64,000 nucleotides of DNA, taken from contig JASGJN010000022.1 in assembly GCA_049840735.1 (NCBI GenBank), positions 192,001 through 256,000 on the forward strand, read 5' to 3'. The notes under the pieces are model-generated. The model made no database searches. It saw only the letters and a program-made list of their open reading frames with translations, and was not told where the DNA came from. Numbering within the stretch: the first letter of the stretch is position 1; each line of letters opens with the position of its first letter. Of the stretch, positions 1-10,972 are shown piece after piece. The stretch is from Anaeromyxobacter sp. (lineage in GTDB: Bacteria; Myxococcota; Myxococcia; Myxococcales; Anaeromyxobacteraceae). The position numbers and the translations under genes are program-made.

Positions 1-1704
1 GCGCGGCGTCGGCCAGCAGGTCCAGCGTGGGCAGCAGGTTGGCGGAGAGGCCAGCCACCGACAGCTGCAGGAAGCCCGGGGTGGCGCTGGCCTCGAAGCT
101 CGCGCCCAGCGCGCCCGCCGCGTCGGCGAAGTCCGGCCCGCTCCGGCCGCCCGCGCCCGAGGTGAGCAGCTCGGCGAGGATGGAGGCCAGCCCGGCCTGC
201 TTCGCCGGGACCGCCCGGGCGCCGCCGGGGAAGAGCAGGTGCGCGGTGAAGAGGCCGGTGCCGGGGAGCGGCACGGCGCGGACCTCGACGCCGCTCGCCA
301 GCTGGAAGACGGACGGAGCCGGCGGCTGGAAGGGGCGGGCGGCCAGGTCGGCCGGGCGGGCGTCGGGGATCTGGCCGGCCGCGCCGGCCGGGAGCACGCG
401 CAGGTCGAGCCGGCCCGCGCCGAGCGAGCGGGCCGCGTCGCGCAGGCCGGCGGCGGTGGCGCGCTGGTAGCGGGCCAGGTCCAGGGCGAAGCCGTCCGGC
501 ACGCCCAGGTAGGTGCGGTACAGGTTGAGCCGGTCGGCGCGCCGGGTCAGGTTCTCGCGCGCCGAGAGCAGGCCCAGCTGCGCCTGCGCCTTCACCCGGC
601 GCAGCTCCGGCGCGGTGGGCCCCTTCTCCGCCAGCTGCGCCACCGCCGCCAGCACCTCGCGCTTCACCTGCTCCAGGTCGGCGCCGGGCGTGCCGGTCAC
701 CTCGATCCGGAAGAGCGAGCCCAGCGCCCGGTCCTCCTGGTAGACCGCCACCGACTCGGCGATCCGGAGGTCCTGCACCAGCCGCCGGACCAGCCGCGAG
801 GAGAGGCCCTCGCCCAGCACGTCCGCCAGCAGGTCCAGCTCCGCCGTGCCCGGCGCGAAGGCGGCCGGCGCGTGCCAGGCCAGGATCAGCTTCGGCAGCT
901 CCACCTGATCGGTCACCACCCGCCGGACCTCGCGCGTGAGGCGCGCCGGCGCGGCGGCGGCCGGCGCCGGGGCGGGCGCGGCCGGGATGGCGCCGTAGAG
1001 CTGCTCGACGAGCGGCCGGACGGCGTCCGGGTCGAAGTCGCCGGCCACCACCAGCGTGGCGTTGGCGGGCACGTACCAGGACCGGAAGAAGTCCTTCACG
1101 TCCTGGAGCGAGGCGGCCTCCAGGTCGGCGTGGCTGCCGATCACCGGGTGGTGGTACGGGTGGCCGGGGGGGTACATGGCCTCCGGGACCACCAGCTCGG
1201 CGGCGCCGTAGGGCGTGTTCTCGTAGGACTGCCGCCGCTCGTTGCGCACCACCCCGCGCTGCAGGTCCACCTTCTCCGCCGTCATGGCGTCGGCCAGGGA
1301 CTGGAACCGGTCGGCGTCCAGCCAGAGCAGGGTGGGCAGGAGCGTCGAGGGGCCCCAGCTGAAGTAGTTGGTCCGGTCCTCGCTGGTGGAGGCGTTGTTG
1401 GCGCCGCCCCCGACTCCATCAGCACGTCGAACTGGTTCCCCGGCACCCGCTTCGTGCCCATGAACATCAGGTGCTCGAACAGGTGGGCGAAGCCGGTGCG
1501 GCCCGGGGCCTCGTCCCTGGAGCCGACCTGGAACCAGGTGTTCAGGGTGACCTGCGGCAGCCGGTGATCCGGGTGCAGCATGACCGTGAGCCCGTTGGGC
1601 AAGGTGAAGACCCGCACGTCCAGCGGGGGAGGGACAGCGGCGGGGCGGGACGCCTGGGGGGCGGCCGCCAGGAGCAGCGAGAGCGATAGCGCGAGCGAGG
1701 TCAT
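1..1704 (-). CDS. M16 family (pitrilysin/insulinase-like) zinc peptidase; runs off the window start; apparent frameshift at ~1409
   Basis: Signal peptide, then LPNGLTV and the inverted zinc motif HLFEH (GFAHLFEHLMFMGT). Adding one G to the G5 run at 1407-1411 restores GGGANNASTSEDRTNYF, the typical M16 continuation. Confidence 0.85.
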
Positions 1705-1918
1705 CGGATGTTCCCCCGGGGACCGCCGCAGCCTACCGCCAAACCCCGTGCGGCGGTTCAGCACGTACCCGCGTGAACCCGCGGCGTGGTAGAAGCCCAC
1801 GGTGCGTCAGAAGCTTGCCATGATCGCGGCGGCTGCCACCTGCGCCTTCCTCCTCGCTGCAGCGCTCCTGCTCGCCTTCGCGCGGGGGCTCGCGCCGTGA
1901 AGAATCACCTACGAGGGC

Positions 1919-3229
1919 GTGGCGCGGTCGGGCCTCTGGGTCGGTCTCTACATCCTGCTCGCGCTGTACCCGCTGCTCTGGCTGGCGGCCTCGCCGCTGG
2001 GCACGCGCGGGTTCCAGCAGGAGCTGGGCGCGGCGCTGGGCTTCCTGGCGCTCTCGACCATGGCCATGCAGTTCGCCCTGACCGCGCGCTTCAGCTGGAT
2101 GGCGCCGCCGTTCGGGACCGACCTGGTCTACGCCTTCCACCGCTACATCACCGCCGCCGCCATCCTCTTCGCCGCCCTGCACCCGCTCTTCATGCTGGAC
2201 TGGGACGTGGCCTGGGTGGCGCAGAGCCTGATCCCCTCCGGCTGGTACGAGGCCTCCCTCGCGGCCGGCGTGCTGGCGCTCTACGCGCTGATCCTCCTGG
2301 CGGTGACCTCCTTCTGGCGGCGCCAGCTCCGGCTCGCCTACGAGCCCTGGCGCTACCTGCACATCGTCTTCGCCGTGCTGGCCGTCTGCCTGGGGCTCTG
2401 GCACGCGGTCAGCTCCAAGCAGCTGCTGGGCAACACCGTCAGCCGCGTGATGTGGGTGACCTGGACCCTGCTCTGGGCCGGCCTGATCGTCCGCGTCCGC
2501 GTGCTGAAGCCGCTGCTCCTGCTCCGCCGCCCGTACAAGGTGACCGGCGTCCGCAAGGAGCACGGCGGCGCGGTCACGCTGGTGCTCGATCCCGACGGCC
2601 ACGACGGCTTCCGCTTCCGCGCCGGCCAGTTCGCCTGGCTGACCCTGGGCCGCTCCCCCTTCGCCGGCGCCGAGCACCCCTTCTCCATCTCCGGCTCCGC
2701 CCAGCGCGCGCCGCGCGTGGAGCTGACCATCCGCGCCCTGGGCGACTTCACCCGCGCCGTGCAGGAGACCAGGCCCGGCACCCGCGCCTACGTGGACGGC
2801 CCGTTCGGCTCCATGTCGCTCGACGCCGTGCCCGACGCCGACCGCTACTTCTTCGTGGCCGGCGGCATCGGCATCGCCCCCTGCGTCTCCATGCTCCGCA
2901 CCCTCGCCGATCGCGGCGACCGGCGCCCGCACACCATCGTGTACGGCACGCTGGACTGGGAGCACACGCCGCTGCGCGAGGAGCTGGCCGAGCTGGCCAG
3001 CCGGCTCGACCTCAAGGTCGTGCACGTGCTGGAGAAGCCGCCGCTCGGCTGGCTGGGCGAGGTCGGGATCATCACGCAGGACCTGCTCGACCGCCACCTG
3101 CCCCGCAGCGGCCGCCGCGTCTGCTTCATCTGCGGCCCGCCGCGGATGATGGACGCGACCGAGCGCGCGCTGGCCCGGCTGGACGTCCCGCTGGAGGACA
3201 TCCACTCCGAGCGGTTCGATCTGGTGTAG
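1919..3229 (+). CDS. Ferric reductase-like transmembrane domain / FAD-NAD(P)-binding oxidoreductase
   Basis: N-terminal TM helices with His residues (FHRY, LHP, YLH, WHA); FNR motifs HPFSIS, DGPFG, AGGIGIAP, FICGPPRMM. Confidence 0.85.
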   Translation: MARSGLWVGLYILLALYPLLWLAASPLGTRGFQQELGAALGFLALSTMAMQFALTARFSWMAPPFGTDLVYAFHRYITAAAILFAALHPLFMLDWDVAWVAQSLIPSGWYEASLAAGVLALYALILLAVTSFWRRQLRLAYEPWRYLHIVFAVLAVCLGLWHAVSSKQLLGNTVSRVMWVTWTLLWAGLIVRVRVLKPLLLLRRPYKVTGVRKEHGGAVTLVLDPDGHDGFRFRAGQFAWLTLGRSPFAGAEHPFSISGSAQRAPRVELTIRALGDFTRAVQETRPGTRAYVDGPFGSMSLDAVPDADRYFFVAGGIGIAPCVSMLRTLADRGDRRPHTIVYGTLDWEHTPLREELAELASRLDLKVVHVLEKPPLGWLGEVGIITQDLLDRHLPRSGRRVCFICGPPRMMDATERALARLDVPLEDIHSERFDLV

Positions 3230-3240
3230 GGCGGGGCACC

Positions 3241-3505
3241 CTAGGCCGGCGGCTCCGCCGTGTCCTGCTCCAGCTCGGTCGAGTCCGGGCTGGCCAGCAC
3301 CTCGCGCGCCTTCTCGGCCTCGTCGGCCGAGACCAGCAGCGCCAGGCCGCCGTTCGCGAGCGCCACCGGCGGCAGCAGCGACGCCAGCGGCTTGTCCTGC
3401 ACCACCGCCTCGAATCCCCTCCGCGTCGAGCAGCATGCGCGCCACTTCCGCCTCGGAGAGGTTCTCGAAGGTCGCGATGGCCACCAGGTCCCGGTCGTCG
3501 AGCAT
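3241..3505 (-). CDS. DUF2007-like small putative signal-transducing protein; apparent frameshift at ~3413
   Basis: MLDDRDLVAIATFENLSEAEVARMLLDAEGI joins EAVVQD...GGLALLVSADEAEKAREVL if one base is removed from GAATC at 3412-3416. Confidence 0.65.
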
Positions 3506-3645
3506 GGGCTGCCTCCTGCCCATCGTCCACCCGGGGGCGTCGATCGGGGCACCCCGGGCCACCCCTCCGCACGGGGCGTGTCCAGCCGGTAGCGGCCGCA
3601 GCCGAATCCGTTGCCCGCCGCCCAGCGCGCGACCATGCAAGCGGG

Positions 3646-4170
3646 ATGACCAATCTCGCCCGCCTGCCCGCGCGCGATGAGCAGGGCGCGATCCGCGTCG
3701 TCATCGAGTCGCCCCGCGGCGCCACCGTGAAGCTCAAGTACGACACCGGCCTCGGCGTGATGACCGTGTCGCGCCCCCTGCCGCTCGGCCTCTCCTACCC
3801 GTACGACTGGGGCTTCGTGCCCGGCACCCGCGCGCCCGACGGCGACCCCGTGGATGCGCTCGTCTACTGGGACGTGCCCAGCTACCCCGGCGTGGTCGTC
3901 CCCTGCCGCGCCATCGGCGTGGTGCGGCTCGAGCAGGACTCGAAGACCAACGGGCGCGTGCGCAACGACCGGATCCTCGCCGTGCCCGTGAAGCACCCCC
4001 GCGGCGACGGCCTCGAGTCGCCGGACGACCTGCCCGCCCGCGTGCGCGACGAGATCGCCCAGTTCTTCCTGTCCGCGATCTTCTTCGTGCCAAAGAACCC
4101 CGCCCTGCTCGGCTGGGGTGGGCCCGAGGAGGCCGCGCTACTGGTGGACGGCAGCGCCGGAAGCCCCTGA
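3646..4170 (+). CDS. ppa: Inorganic pyrophosphatase (family I)
   Basis: VVIESPRG..VKLKYD, YPYDWGFVPGT, DGDPVD motifs. Confidence 0.85.
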   Translation: MTNLARLPARDEQGAIRVVIESPRGATVKLKYDTGLGVMTVSRPLPLGLSYPYDWGFVPGTRAPDGDPVDALVYWDVPSYPGVVVPCRAIGVVRLEQDSKTNGRVRNDRILAVPVKHPRGDGLESPDDLPARVRDEIAQFFLSAIFFVPKNPALLGWGGPEEAALLVDGSAGSP

Positions 4171-4172
4171 AC

Positions 4173-4198
4173 GGTCAACGTTCGTTGACCTGCGCCAG
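4173..4198 (+). promoter_or_regulatory. Perfect 8-bp inverted repeat overlapping a degenerate FNR/CRP-like box upstream of a hemerythrin gene
   Basis: GGTCAACG-tt-CGTTGACC at 4173-4190; TTGAC-ctgc-GCCAG at 4185-4198. Confidence 0.35.
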
Positions 4199-4270
4199 AT
4201 CAGAATCGGCCCCCGCCCGCGATCGCATGCTTCCAGATCGGCGCCAGGTCGGCGCCAGGAGCCAGCGGAC

Positions 4271-4672
4271 ATGATCGAGTGGACCCCGGATCTGGCGGTC
4301 GGCATCGACGAGATCGACGCCCAGCACCAGGAGCTGTACCGCCGCGCGGAGCGGTTCATCACCGGCCTCTCGGAGTCCAACCGCCAGGACGTCGGCATCC
4401 TGCTGTCGTACCTCCGCCTTTACTGCGTCACGCACTTCGGGGCCGAGGAGGCCTGGATGCGCGACATCGGCTACCCCGGCTACGACCAGCACAAGGCCGA
4501 GCACGACGGCTTCGTCGAGCACCTGCTGCAGCTCTCCGCCGAGCACGAGCGGCGCGGCGCGCCCGGGCTGCAGCCCATGCGCGTCGGCAGCTGGCTCTCG
4601 CGCTGGCTCGAGACGCACGTCTCCGGGACCGACAAGGCCTTCGCCCAGTTCGTGCTGGCAAGAAGCGCGTAG
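4271..4672 (+). CDS. Single-domain bacteriohemerythrin
   Basis: W...L.VGI.EID.QH, HF..EE, H...H, WL..HV..TD iron ligands all present. Confidence 0.9.
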   Translation: MIEWTPDLAVGIDEIDAQHQELYRRAERFITGLSESNRQDVGILLSYLRLYCVTHFGAEEAWMRDIGYPGYDQHKAEHDGFVEHLLQLSAEHERRGAPGLQPMRVGSWLSRWLETHVSGTDKAFAQFVLARSA

Positions 4673-4787
4673 CGCGGGCCGCAGCCCCGGCGACGCTTCC
4701 GGATCACGCCCGCGATCTCACCCGGCCCGCCCAGGCCCTCGCACCGCGCGTGCGCAGGGCGCCGCCCCGGGCTACGCTTCCCGCGCC

Positions 4788-5891
4788 ATGACCCTGGCCG
4801 ACCGGATCGCGCCCATGCTGCGCCCCGCCGGCGGCGGCGTGCACCTCGTCTCCACCGGGAAGGCCGAGCAGCAGGCGCTGCAGCGGCAGCTCTACGGCGC
4901 GGCCGACGAGGCCCAGGTGGCCGCGCGCTGGCGCGAGGACCTGGCGCGCGCCGCCACCGCCCGCGCCGTGCTGCTCGGGATCCCCTCCGACGTCGGCGGC
5001 GGGTTCCAGCGCGGCGCCAACCTCGGCCCCGCCGCCATCCGCGCCCACCTGGCCGCGCACGAGGCCGGGCGGCTCGAGCGGGCCCGCCGGGCCGGGCTGG
5101 TCAATCTCGGCGACGTCTTCGTGGTGCCGCAGCTCCTGCACGACGAGATGCTGGCCAGCGCCCAGCTGGCCGCCTCGCGCCGGGCGCTCTACCCCGACCT
5201 CCCCGAGGCCGCCCGCGAGGCGCTGCCCGTCTCGCCGCTCTCCATCGCCGAGCGGGTGCTGGGCGAGGTGCTGGCGGTGAACCCTGAGGCCAAGGTCTTC
5301 GCGCTGGGCGGCGATCACTCGGCCGCCTGGCCGGCGGTGAAGGCGCTGGCCGCCGCGCGCCCCGACCTCGGCGTCGTGCAGATCGACGCCCACACCGACC
5401 TGCTGGCCGAGCGGCTGGGCGTCCGCTACTGCTTCGGCACCTGGTCCTTCCACGCCAACGAGCTGCTCGGGCGCGGGGGGCGGCTGGTGCAGGTCGGCAT
5501 CCGCGCCTCCGGCCGCGACCGCGCGCACTGGGAGTCCACCCTGGGCGTGCGCCAGTTCTGGGCCGCCGAGGTGAACCGCGCGCCGGGCGCCGCGCTGGAC
5601 GGGATCGTGGACGCGGTGAAGCGGAGCGGCGCACGGGCGGTCTACTTCTCGAACGACATCGACGGCACCGACCAGGCGCACGCCGACGCCACCGGCACGC
5701 CCGAGCCGGGCGGCCTCGAGCCTGGGCTGGTGCTGGCGCTGATCGAGCGGCTGGGGCGCGAGGTCGGCCTGTGCGGCGGCGACGTGATGGAGGTGGCGCC
5801 CGGGATCGCGCGCACGCCGGAGGGCGGGCCCCGCACCGTGGGGCTGGCCGCCCGCTACCTGCTGGCGACGATCGACGCGGCGCTGCGCTAG
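4788..5891 (+). CDS. Arginase/agmatinase family ureohydrolase
   Basis: GGDHS, DAHTD, SNDIDGTD, TGTPEPGGL, DVMEVAP motifs. Confidence 0.85.
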   Translation: MTLADRIAPMLRPAGGGVHLVSTGKAEQQALQRQLYGAADEAQVAARWREDLARAATARAVLLGIPSDVGGGFQRGANLGPAAIRAHLAAHEAGRLERARRAGLVNLGDVFVVPQLLHDEMLASAQLAASRRALYPDLPEAAREALPVSPLSIAERVLGEVLAVNPEAKVFALGGDHSAAWPAVKALAAARPDLGVVQIDAHTDLLAERLGVRYCFGTWSFHANELLGRGGRLVQVGIRASGRDRAHWESTLGVRQFWAAEVNRAPGAALDGIVDAVKRSGARAVYFSNDIDGTDQAHADATGTPEPGGLEPGLVLALIERLGREVGLCGGDVMEVAPGIARTPEGGPRTVGLAARYLLATIDAALR

Positions 5892-6202
5892 GCCGAGCCG
5901 GCCGTCGGCTTCCGGCCGACGAGCCGGCCGAAGATCGCGCTCACGCCCGCGCCGATGGTGCCGCCCACCACCGCGAAGAGCGAGCCGACCGCGGCGATGC
6001 CCACGAACTTCCCGAACCAGAGCAGGGCCACGCCCACCGCGGCGCCCTCCGCCGGCGCGCCCAGGATCCCCTCCGCCAGCAGCTTGCCGGCGTACTCGCC
6101 GAAGTAGAGGGCGGCCCGCAGGCCCACGAAGGCGAAGACCACCAGCGCGATGAGGGCGCCGATGAACGAGGCGAGGCGGTGCTTCTTGTGGGTCGGATCC
6201 AT
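5888..6202 (-). CDS. Small hypothetical membrane protein
   Basis: ATG with a GGAG RBS; hydrophobic helices; host-like codon usage. Confidence 0.6.
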   Translation of the reverse strand: MDPTHKKHRLASFIGALIALVVFAFVGLRAALYFGEYAGKLLAEGILGAPAEGAAVGVALLWFGKFVGIAAVGSLFAVVGGTIGAGVSAIFGRLVGRKPTAGSA

Positions 6203-6356
6203 GGTGGTGCGCTCCTCCGGTGGGCCGGGTCCACCGCCCGAGCGGCGGGAGAGGCCCAGGGCCCGGGCAGTTTGCCACGGAGGGCCCCCTGGCGCCGAGA
6301 GGCCCGGCCCGGGGCCGCGCGACCCCACCCCCCGGGCCCCGTGTTAACTTCCGCCG

Positions 6357-7403
6357 GTGAACGCCTTCAAGCCACACCTCGCCACCGTCGCCGACTACCC
6401 GTACGCCAAGGTGGACGCGCGGGTGAAGCTGGACCAGAACGAGAGCCCCGAGGACCTCCCCGCCGACCTGAAGGCCCGCGCCCTGGAGCGGCTGGCCCGG
6501 ATCCCCTGGAACCGCTACCCCGAGCTGCACGCCGAGGACGTGCGGGCGGCGGTGGCGGCGCACGAGGGCTGGCCGGAGGAGGGCATCGTCCTCGCCCCCG
6601 GCTCCAACTTCTTCTGCCTGGCGCTGGCCGTGGCCTGCCGGTCGGTGCTCGATACCGTGCCCGCCTTCCCGTACTACAAGGGCGGCGCCCAGGCCGCCGG
6701 CACGCCCTGGCGCGGCGTGCCGCTGGGGCCGGACTTCTCGCTCCCCGTGGCGGCGCTGGAGGCCGCGCTGGACGAGGGGCCGCCCGGCGCCTTCTTCCTC
6801 CCCAACCCGCACGCGCCCACCGGCCGGCTCTTCGAGACCGGCGAGGTGGAGCGGCTGGCCCGCCGGGCCGCCGATCGCGGCTGGGTGATGGTGATCGACG
6901 AGGCCTACCAGCTCTTCTCCGGCACCGACGCGCGGCCGCTGGCCCGCGCCTTCCCCAACGTCGCGGTGCTGCGGACCTTCTCCAAGGGCTGGTGCCTGGG
7001 CGGCGTCCGCGCCGGCTACCTGCTCACCTCGCCGAAGGTGGCCAGCGTGGTGCGCGCCTGCCTGCCGCCGTTCTGCATCCCGGCCCACACCGCCGCCATC
7101 CTGCTCACCGCGCTGGAGGCCCCCGGCTTCCGCGCCGCGATGGGCGAGCGGATCCGGGCCGGCCGGCAGCAGCTGGCCGAGGGGCTGGCCGGCCACCGCA
7201 GCTGGCGCGCCTTCCCGTCGGCCGCGAACTACCTGCTGGTCCGGACGCCGGACGCCAAGGCCGCCTACGACCACCTGCTCTCGCGCGGCATCCTGGTGCG
7301 CCGCCAGGATCACTACGCCGGCCTGCAGGGCTGCATCCGCATCTCGGTGGGCACGCCGGAGGAGAACGCGGCGCTGCTGGCGGCTGCGAAGGACGCGCCG
7401 TAG
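6357..7403 (+). CDS. hisC: Histidinol-phosphate aminotransferase
   Basis: KLDQNESP, NRYP, PNPHAPTG, DEAY, RTFSKGW..GG.RAGY (PLP lysine), RISVGTPEEN. Confidence 0.85.
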   Translation: MNAFKPHLATVADYPYAKVDARVKLDQNESPEDLPADLKARALERLARIPWNRYPELHAEDVRAAVAAHEGWPEEGIVLAPGSNFFCLALAVACRSVLDTVPAFPYYKGGAQAAGTPWRGVPLGPDFSLPVAALEAALDEGPPGAFFLPNPHAPTGRLFETGEVERLARRAADRGWVMVIDEAYQLFSGTDARPLARAFPNVAVLRTFSKGWCLGGVRAGYLLTSPKVASVVRACLPPFCIPAHTAAILLTALEAPGFRAAMGERIRAGRQQLAEGLAGHRSWRAFPSAANYLLVRTPDAKAAYDHLLSRGILVRRQDHYAGLQGCIRISVGTPEENAALLAAAKDAP

Positions 7404-7417
7404 GCGGCGCCCGTCAT

Positions 7418-7586
7418 GGTTCGACTCCGGCCGGCCTGGGCAGGGCCGGCCGGTTCGACCGCCGGCCTACGCTGCTCGGAAATGCCGGATCGAGAAGCGA
7501 GCCTGTCTCCGGGCGAGAGGACCAGCGAGAACGCCTGTCCTTCGACTCCGCGCCCGCTGCGCGGGCGCTACGCTCAGGACGAACGG
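7418..7586 (+). repeat. REP-like repeats: a degenerate copy starting at ~7418 and a full copy at 7539-7586
   Basis: CCTTCGACTCC-GCGCCCGC-tgc-GCGGGCGC-TACGCTCAGGACGAACGG. Confidence 0.8.
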
Positions 7587-7685
7587 TTCCTGCGGCGCGC
7601 GCGCTCGAGCCTTGTTCCGCAGGCATTTCATCACGAGCGGGAGGCGAGGCGCGCGCCGCGCCTCTCCCGAGGCCTGAGGCCGCCT

Positions 7686-9096
7686 CTACTCCAGCAGCCC
7701 CTTCACCGCCTCGACCACGCCGTCGCGCGCGACCAGCTGCTGCTGCTGGGCGGCCATGATCTTCACCGCCACCTGGCCGTCGGCCTTCTCCTTCTCGCCC
7801 ACGAAGACCGCCAGCTGGACCTTGCGGGCCTCGGCGTACTGGAGCTGCTTCCCCAGCTTGTCGGCGCTGGGGTAGAGCTCGGTCCGGACGCCGGCGGCGC
7901 GCAGGGCGGCCGCCAGCTGCAGGGCGTCGGAGGTGGTGGAGTCCTCGAGGCGCAGCACCATCACCTGCGCGGCGGCGGAGAGGTCGGGGAACATCTTCCG
8001 CTCCGCCATCACCACCAGGATCCGCTCCAGCCCCAGCGAGAAGCCCACCGCCGGGACCGGCTGCTTGAGGAACATGCCGATGAGCTCGTCGTAGCGGCCG
8101 CCGCCGCCGAGCGAGCCGGCCAGGTCGGGGACCTGCACCTCGTAGATGGGGCCGGTGTAGTAGGAGAGCCCGCGCGCCAGGCTGGGGTCGAGCGAGAGCC
8201 GCCTGCCGCAGGGCGTGCCGGCGGAGAGCGCCAGCATGCGCCGCAGCTCCTCCACGCCGCGCGTGCCGTTGGCCGAGCCCTGCACCGCGACCGCCAGCCG
8301 GTCCAGCACCTCGCCCGCCTCACCGGAGGCGGAGAGGGCGATTCTCAAGCAGCTTGGCCGCCGCGGCCGGCGCCACGCCGCGCTGCTCCAGCGCCGCCTG
8401 GACCTCGGCGGGCGGCACCTTGCCCAGCTTGTCCAGCTCGGTGATGGCCAGCACCTCGTGCTCCACCGGGATGCCCGCCGCCTCGATCACGCCGCGCAGC
8501 AGCGCCCGGTGGTTGAGCCGGATCCGGTAGTCGTCGAAGCCCAGGCGGTCCAGCACCTCGCAGACCGCGCTGGCCACCTCGACCTCGCACACCAGGTCCT
8601 TGGAGCCGACGATGTCCACGTCGCACTGGTAGAACTCGCGGAAGCGGCCGGCCGCCGGCCGGTCGGCCCGCCAGACCGGCTGGATCTGGTAGCGCTTGAA
8701 GAACTTCGGCAGCTTCGACTGGTACTCCGCCACCACGCGCGCCAGCGGCACGGTCAGGTCGTAGCGGAGCGCGCTGTCCGCCAGCGAAAGCTCGTCCCTC
8801 TTGAAGGTGGCCCGGGCCTCGTCGGCCGAGGCGGCGGCCGGCTGGCCGCGCACCTTGTCCAGCGACCGGCCCAGCTCGGCCCCGCGGTGCAGGATGCGGA
8901 AGATGAGCTGGTCGCCCTCGTCGCCGTACTTGCCGAGCAGCGTCTCCAGCCGCTCCATGGCCGGCGTCTCCAGCGGCTCGAAGCCGTAGCGGCCGTAGAC
9001 GTCGCGGACCACCTGCAGCACGTGCTCGCGGCGGCGCACGTCCTCGGGCAGGAAGTCGCGGGAGCCCTTCAGCGGGGCGGTGTTCTCCTTGGCCAT
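7686..9096 (-). CDS. hisS: Histidine--tRNA ligase; apparent frameshift at ~8342
   Basis: KGSRDFLP, ALRYDLTVPLAR, GRFREFYQCD in the first ORF; LARGLSYYTG, GGGGRYD, GFSLGLER in the second. Removing one base from GATTC at 8340-8344 fuses them. Confidence 0.92.
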
Positions 9097-9181
9097 GTCG
9101 ATGCTCCTCCAGCGGGAGGCGCATGCTAGCCGAAGTCGGCGGCGTTTGCGCGCGACCCAGCGCCTTCGCTGGAGCGGCCGG

Positions 9182-9230
9182 CCTTCGACTCCGCCTGCCC
9201 TGAGCCTGCCGAAGGGCCCAGGCTGACCGG
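9182..9230 (+). repeat. Composite REP-like repeat
   Basis: CCTTCGACTCCG followed by an inverted short-class unit CCCTGAGCCTGCCGAAGGG. Confidence 0.7.
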
Positions 9231-9259
9231 ACCCGGTGGGCCGTGTCCCTTGGCAGCTG

Positions 9260-10813
9260 CTACCCCTTCCACCCCCGCACGAACTCCACCAGCGTGCGCA
9301 GCGCGAAGCCGGTGCCGCCGGTGGCGATGTAGCCCCGCTCCTTGCCGGTGTGCGACGGGCCGGCGATGTCGAGGTGGGCCCAGGGCACTTCCTTCGCGAA
9401 CTTCTTGAGGAACAGGGCCGCCGCGATGGCGCCGCCCCAGCGCTCGCCGGTGTTCTTCATGTCGGCGCGATCGCTCTTGAGGTTCTCCTCGCAGACCTCG
9501 GTCAGCGGCAGCCGCCACACGTCCTCGCCGGCCGCGCGCGCGGCCGAGAGCACGCCCTCCACCACCGCGCCGTCCGGGCCGAACAGGCCGGCGGTGGTGT
9601 TGCCCAGCGCCACCATGCAGGCGCCGGTCAGCGTGGCCACGTCGATCATGGCGGCGGGCTGGAAGGTCTTGCCCGCCCAGGCCAGCACGTCGCCCAGCAC
9701 CAGCCGCCCCTCGGCGTCGGTGTTGGTGATCTCCACCGTCTGGCCGTCGAACGCGGTCAGCACGTCGGAGGGCTTGTAGGCCTTGCCGCCGGGCATGTTC
9801 TCGCAGGCGCCCAGCACGGCGTGGACCGGGAAGGGCGGCGCCAGCTCGGCGATCACCCTCATGGCGCCCAGCACCGCGGCGCTGCCGGCCATGTCGCTGT
9901 GCATGGTGACCATGCTCTCGGTGGGCTTGAGCGAGAGGCCGCCGGAGTCGAAGGTGATGGCCTTGCCCACCAGCACCACCGGCGCCCTCTTCGCCGCCGC
10001 CCCCTTGGGCAGGTAGCTCACCCGCACCAGCCGCGGCGGCTCGGCCGAGCCGCGGGTCACGCCCAGGAAGAGCCCCATGCGCAGCGCCTGGATCTCGCGC
10101 GGCCCGCGCACCTCCACCTGCAGCCCGGCCTCCTTCGCCAGCGCGGTGGCCGCGCCGGCCAGCAGCTCCGGCGTGCAGTCGGCCGGCCCCAGGTTGACGA
10201 GGTCGCGGGCCCAGCCCACCGCGCCGGCCAGCGCGCTGCCCAGCTCGGCCGCGGCGCGGACGTCGGCCGCCTTCTCCAGGCCGGCCGGGACGGCCACCGC
10301 CAGCGCCGCCAGCCCCTGCCCCCGCTTCTCCGCGACGGTGCGGTAGCGGTCGAAGCTGTAGGCGCCCAGGAGCGCCCCCTCCACCAGCGCGCGCACCGCG
10401 CCGGCCAGCTGGTCCGCCTCCACCGCCGGCGGCGCCAGCGCCAGCGCGCGCCCGCCGGAGCGGGCCGCGGCGCGGGCCACCTTGCCGGCCGCCATGCGCA
10501 GCGGCTCGAAGCCGGCCCGGGCCGCCTCGACCAGCCGCGCCCTCGACCCGAGCCCCATCAGCACCACGCGGCGGGCCGGCAGCCGGCCCAGCGGCGTGAG
10601 CACCAGCTCCTGCCCGGCCTTGCCCTCGAACTTCTCGGCCTTGGCGGCCGCCCGCGCCGCGCCCTCCAGCGCGGCGTCGAGCGCCTTGAGCCAGCCGCCG
10701 CCGGCGCCGCGCAGCTCCTCCTCCAGGACCGGCAGGGCCAGCGTGTCCGCCTCGACCTCCAGCGCCGGGGTGCCCGTGACCTTCACCGCCGTCCCGCTCT
10801 TGCCGCGCGCCAT
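9260..10813 (-). CDS. pepA: Leucyl aminopeptidase (M17)
   Basis: VGKAITFDSGGLSLK, SDMAG, NTDAEGRL, TLTGA, HLDIAG. Confidence 0.92.
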   Translation of the reverse strand: MARGKSGTAVKVTGTPALEVEADTLALPVLEEELRGAGGGWLKALDAALEGAARAAAKAEKFEGKAGQELVLTPLGRLPARRVVLMGLGSRARLVEAARAGFEPLRMAAGKVARAAARSGGRALALAPPAVEADQLAGAVRALVEGALLGAYSFDRYRTVAEKRGQGLAALAVAVPAGLEKAADVRAAAELGSALAGAVGWARDLVNLGPADCTPELLAGAATALAKEAGLQVEVRGPREIQALRMGLFLGVTRGSAEPPRLVRVSYLPKGAAAKRAPVVLVGKAITFDSGGLSLKPTESMVTMHSDMAGSAAVLGAMRVIAELAPPFPVHAVLGACENMPGGKAYKPSDVLTAFDGQTVEITNTDAEGRLVLGDVLAWAGKTFQPAAMIDVATLTGACMVALGNTTAGLFGPDGAVVEGVLSAARAAGEDVWRLPLTEVCEENLKSDRADMKNTGERWGGAIAAALFLKKFAKEVPWAHLDIAGPSHTGKERGYIATGGTGFALRTLVEFVRGWKG

Positions 10814-10972
10814 CGTCCGTCGCCTCCGTGGTGTGGAGACGGTGAACTAACACGGGCGCGGCCGGCGCGCGCGCGCCCGGGAGGGCGATTCCCCCGGCTT
10901 CTCCAGCGATCGCCCGGTTGACGCCGGCGGGTGAGGGTATTACCTACGAAAGTAAGAAACGGAGACTCCTCG

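Noticed and set aside
7418..7430. GGTTCGACTCC resembling a tRNA T-loop
   Set aside because: No cloverleaf or CCA end; it is the start of a degenerate REP-like copy.
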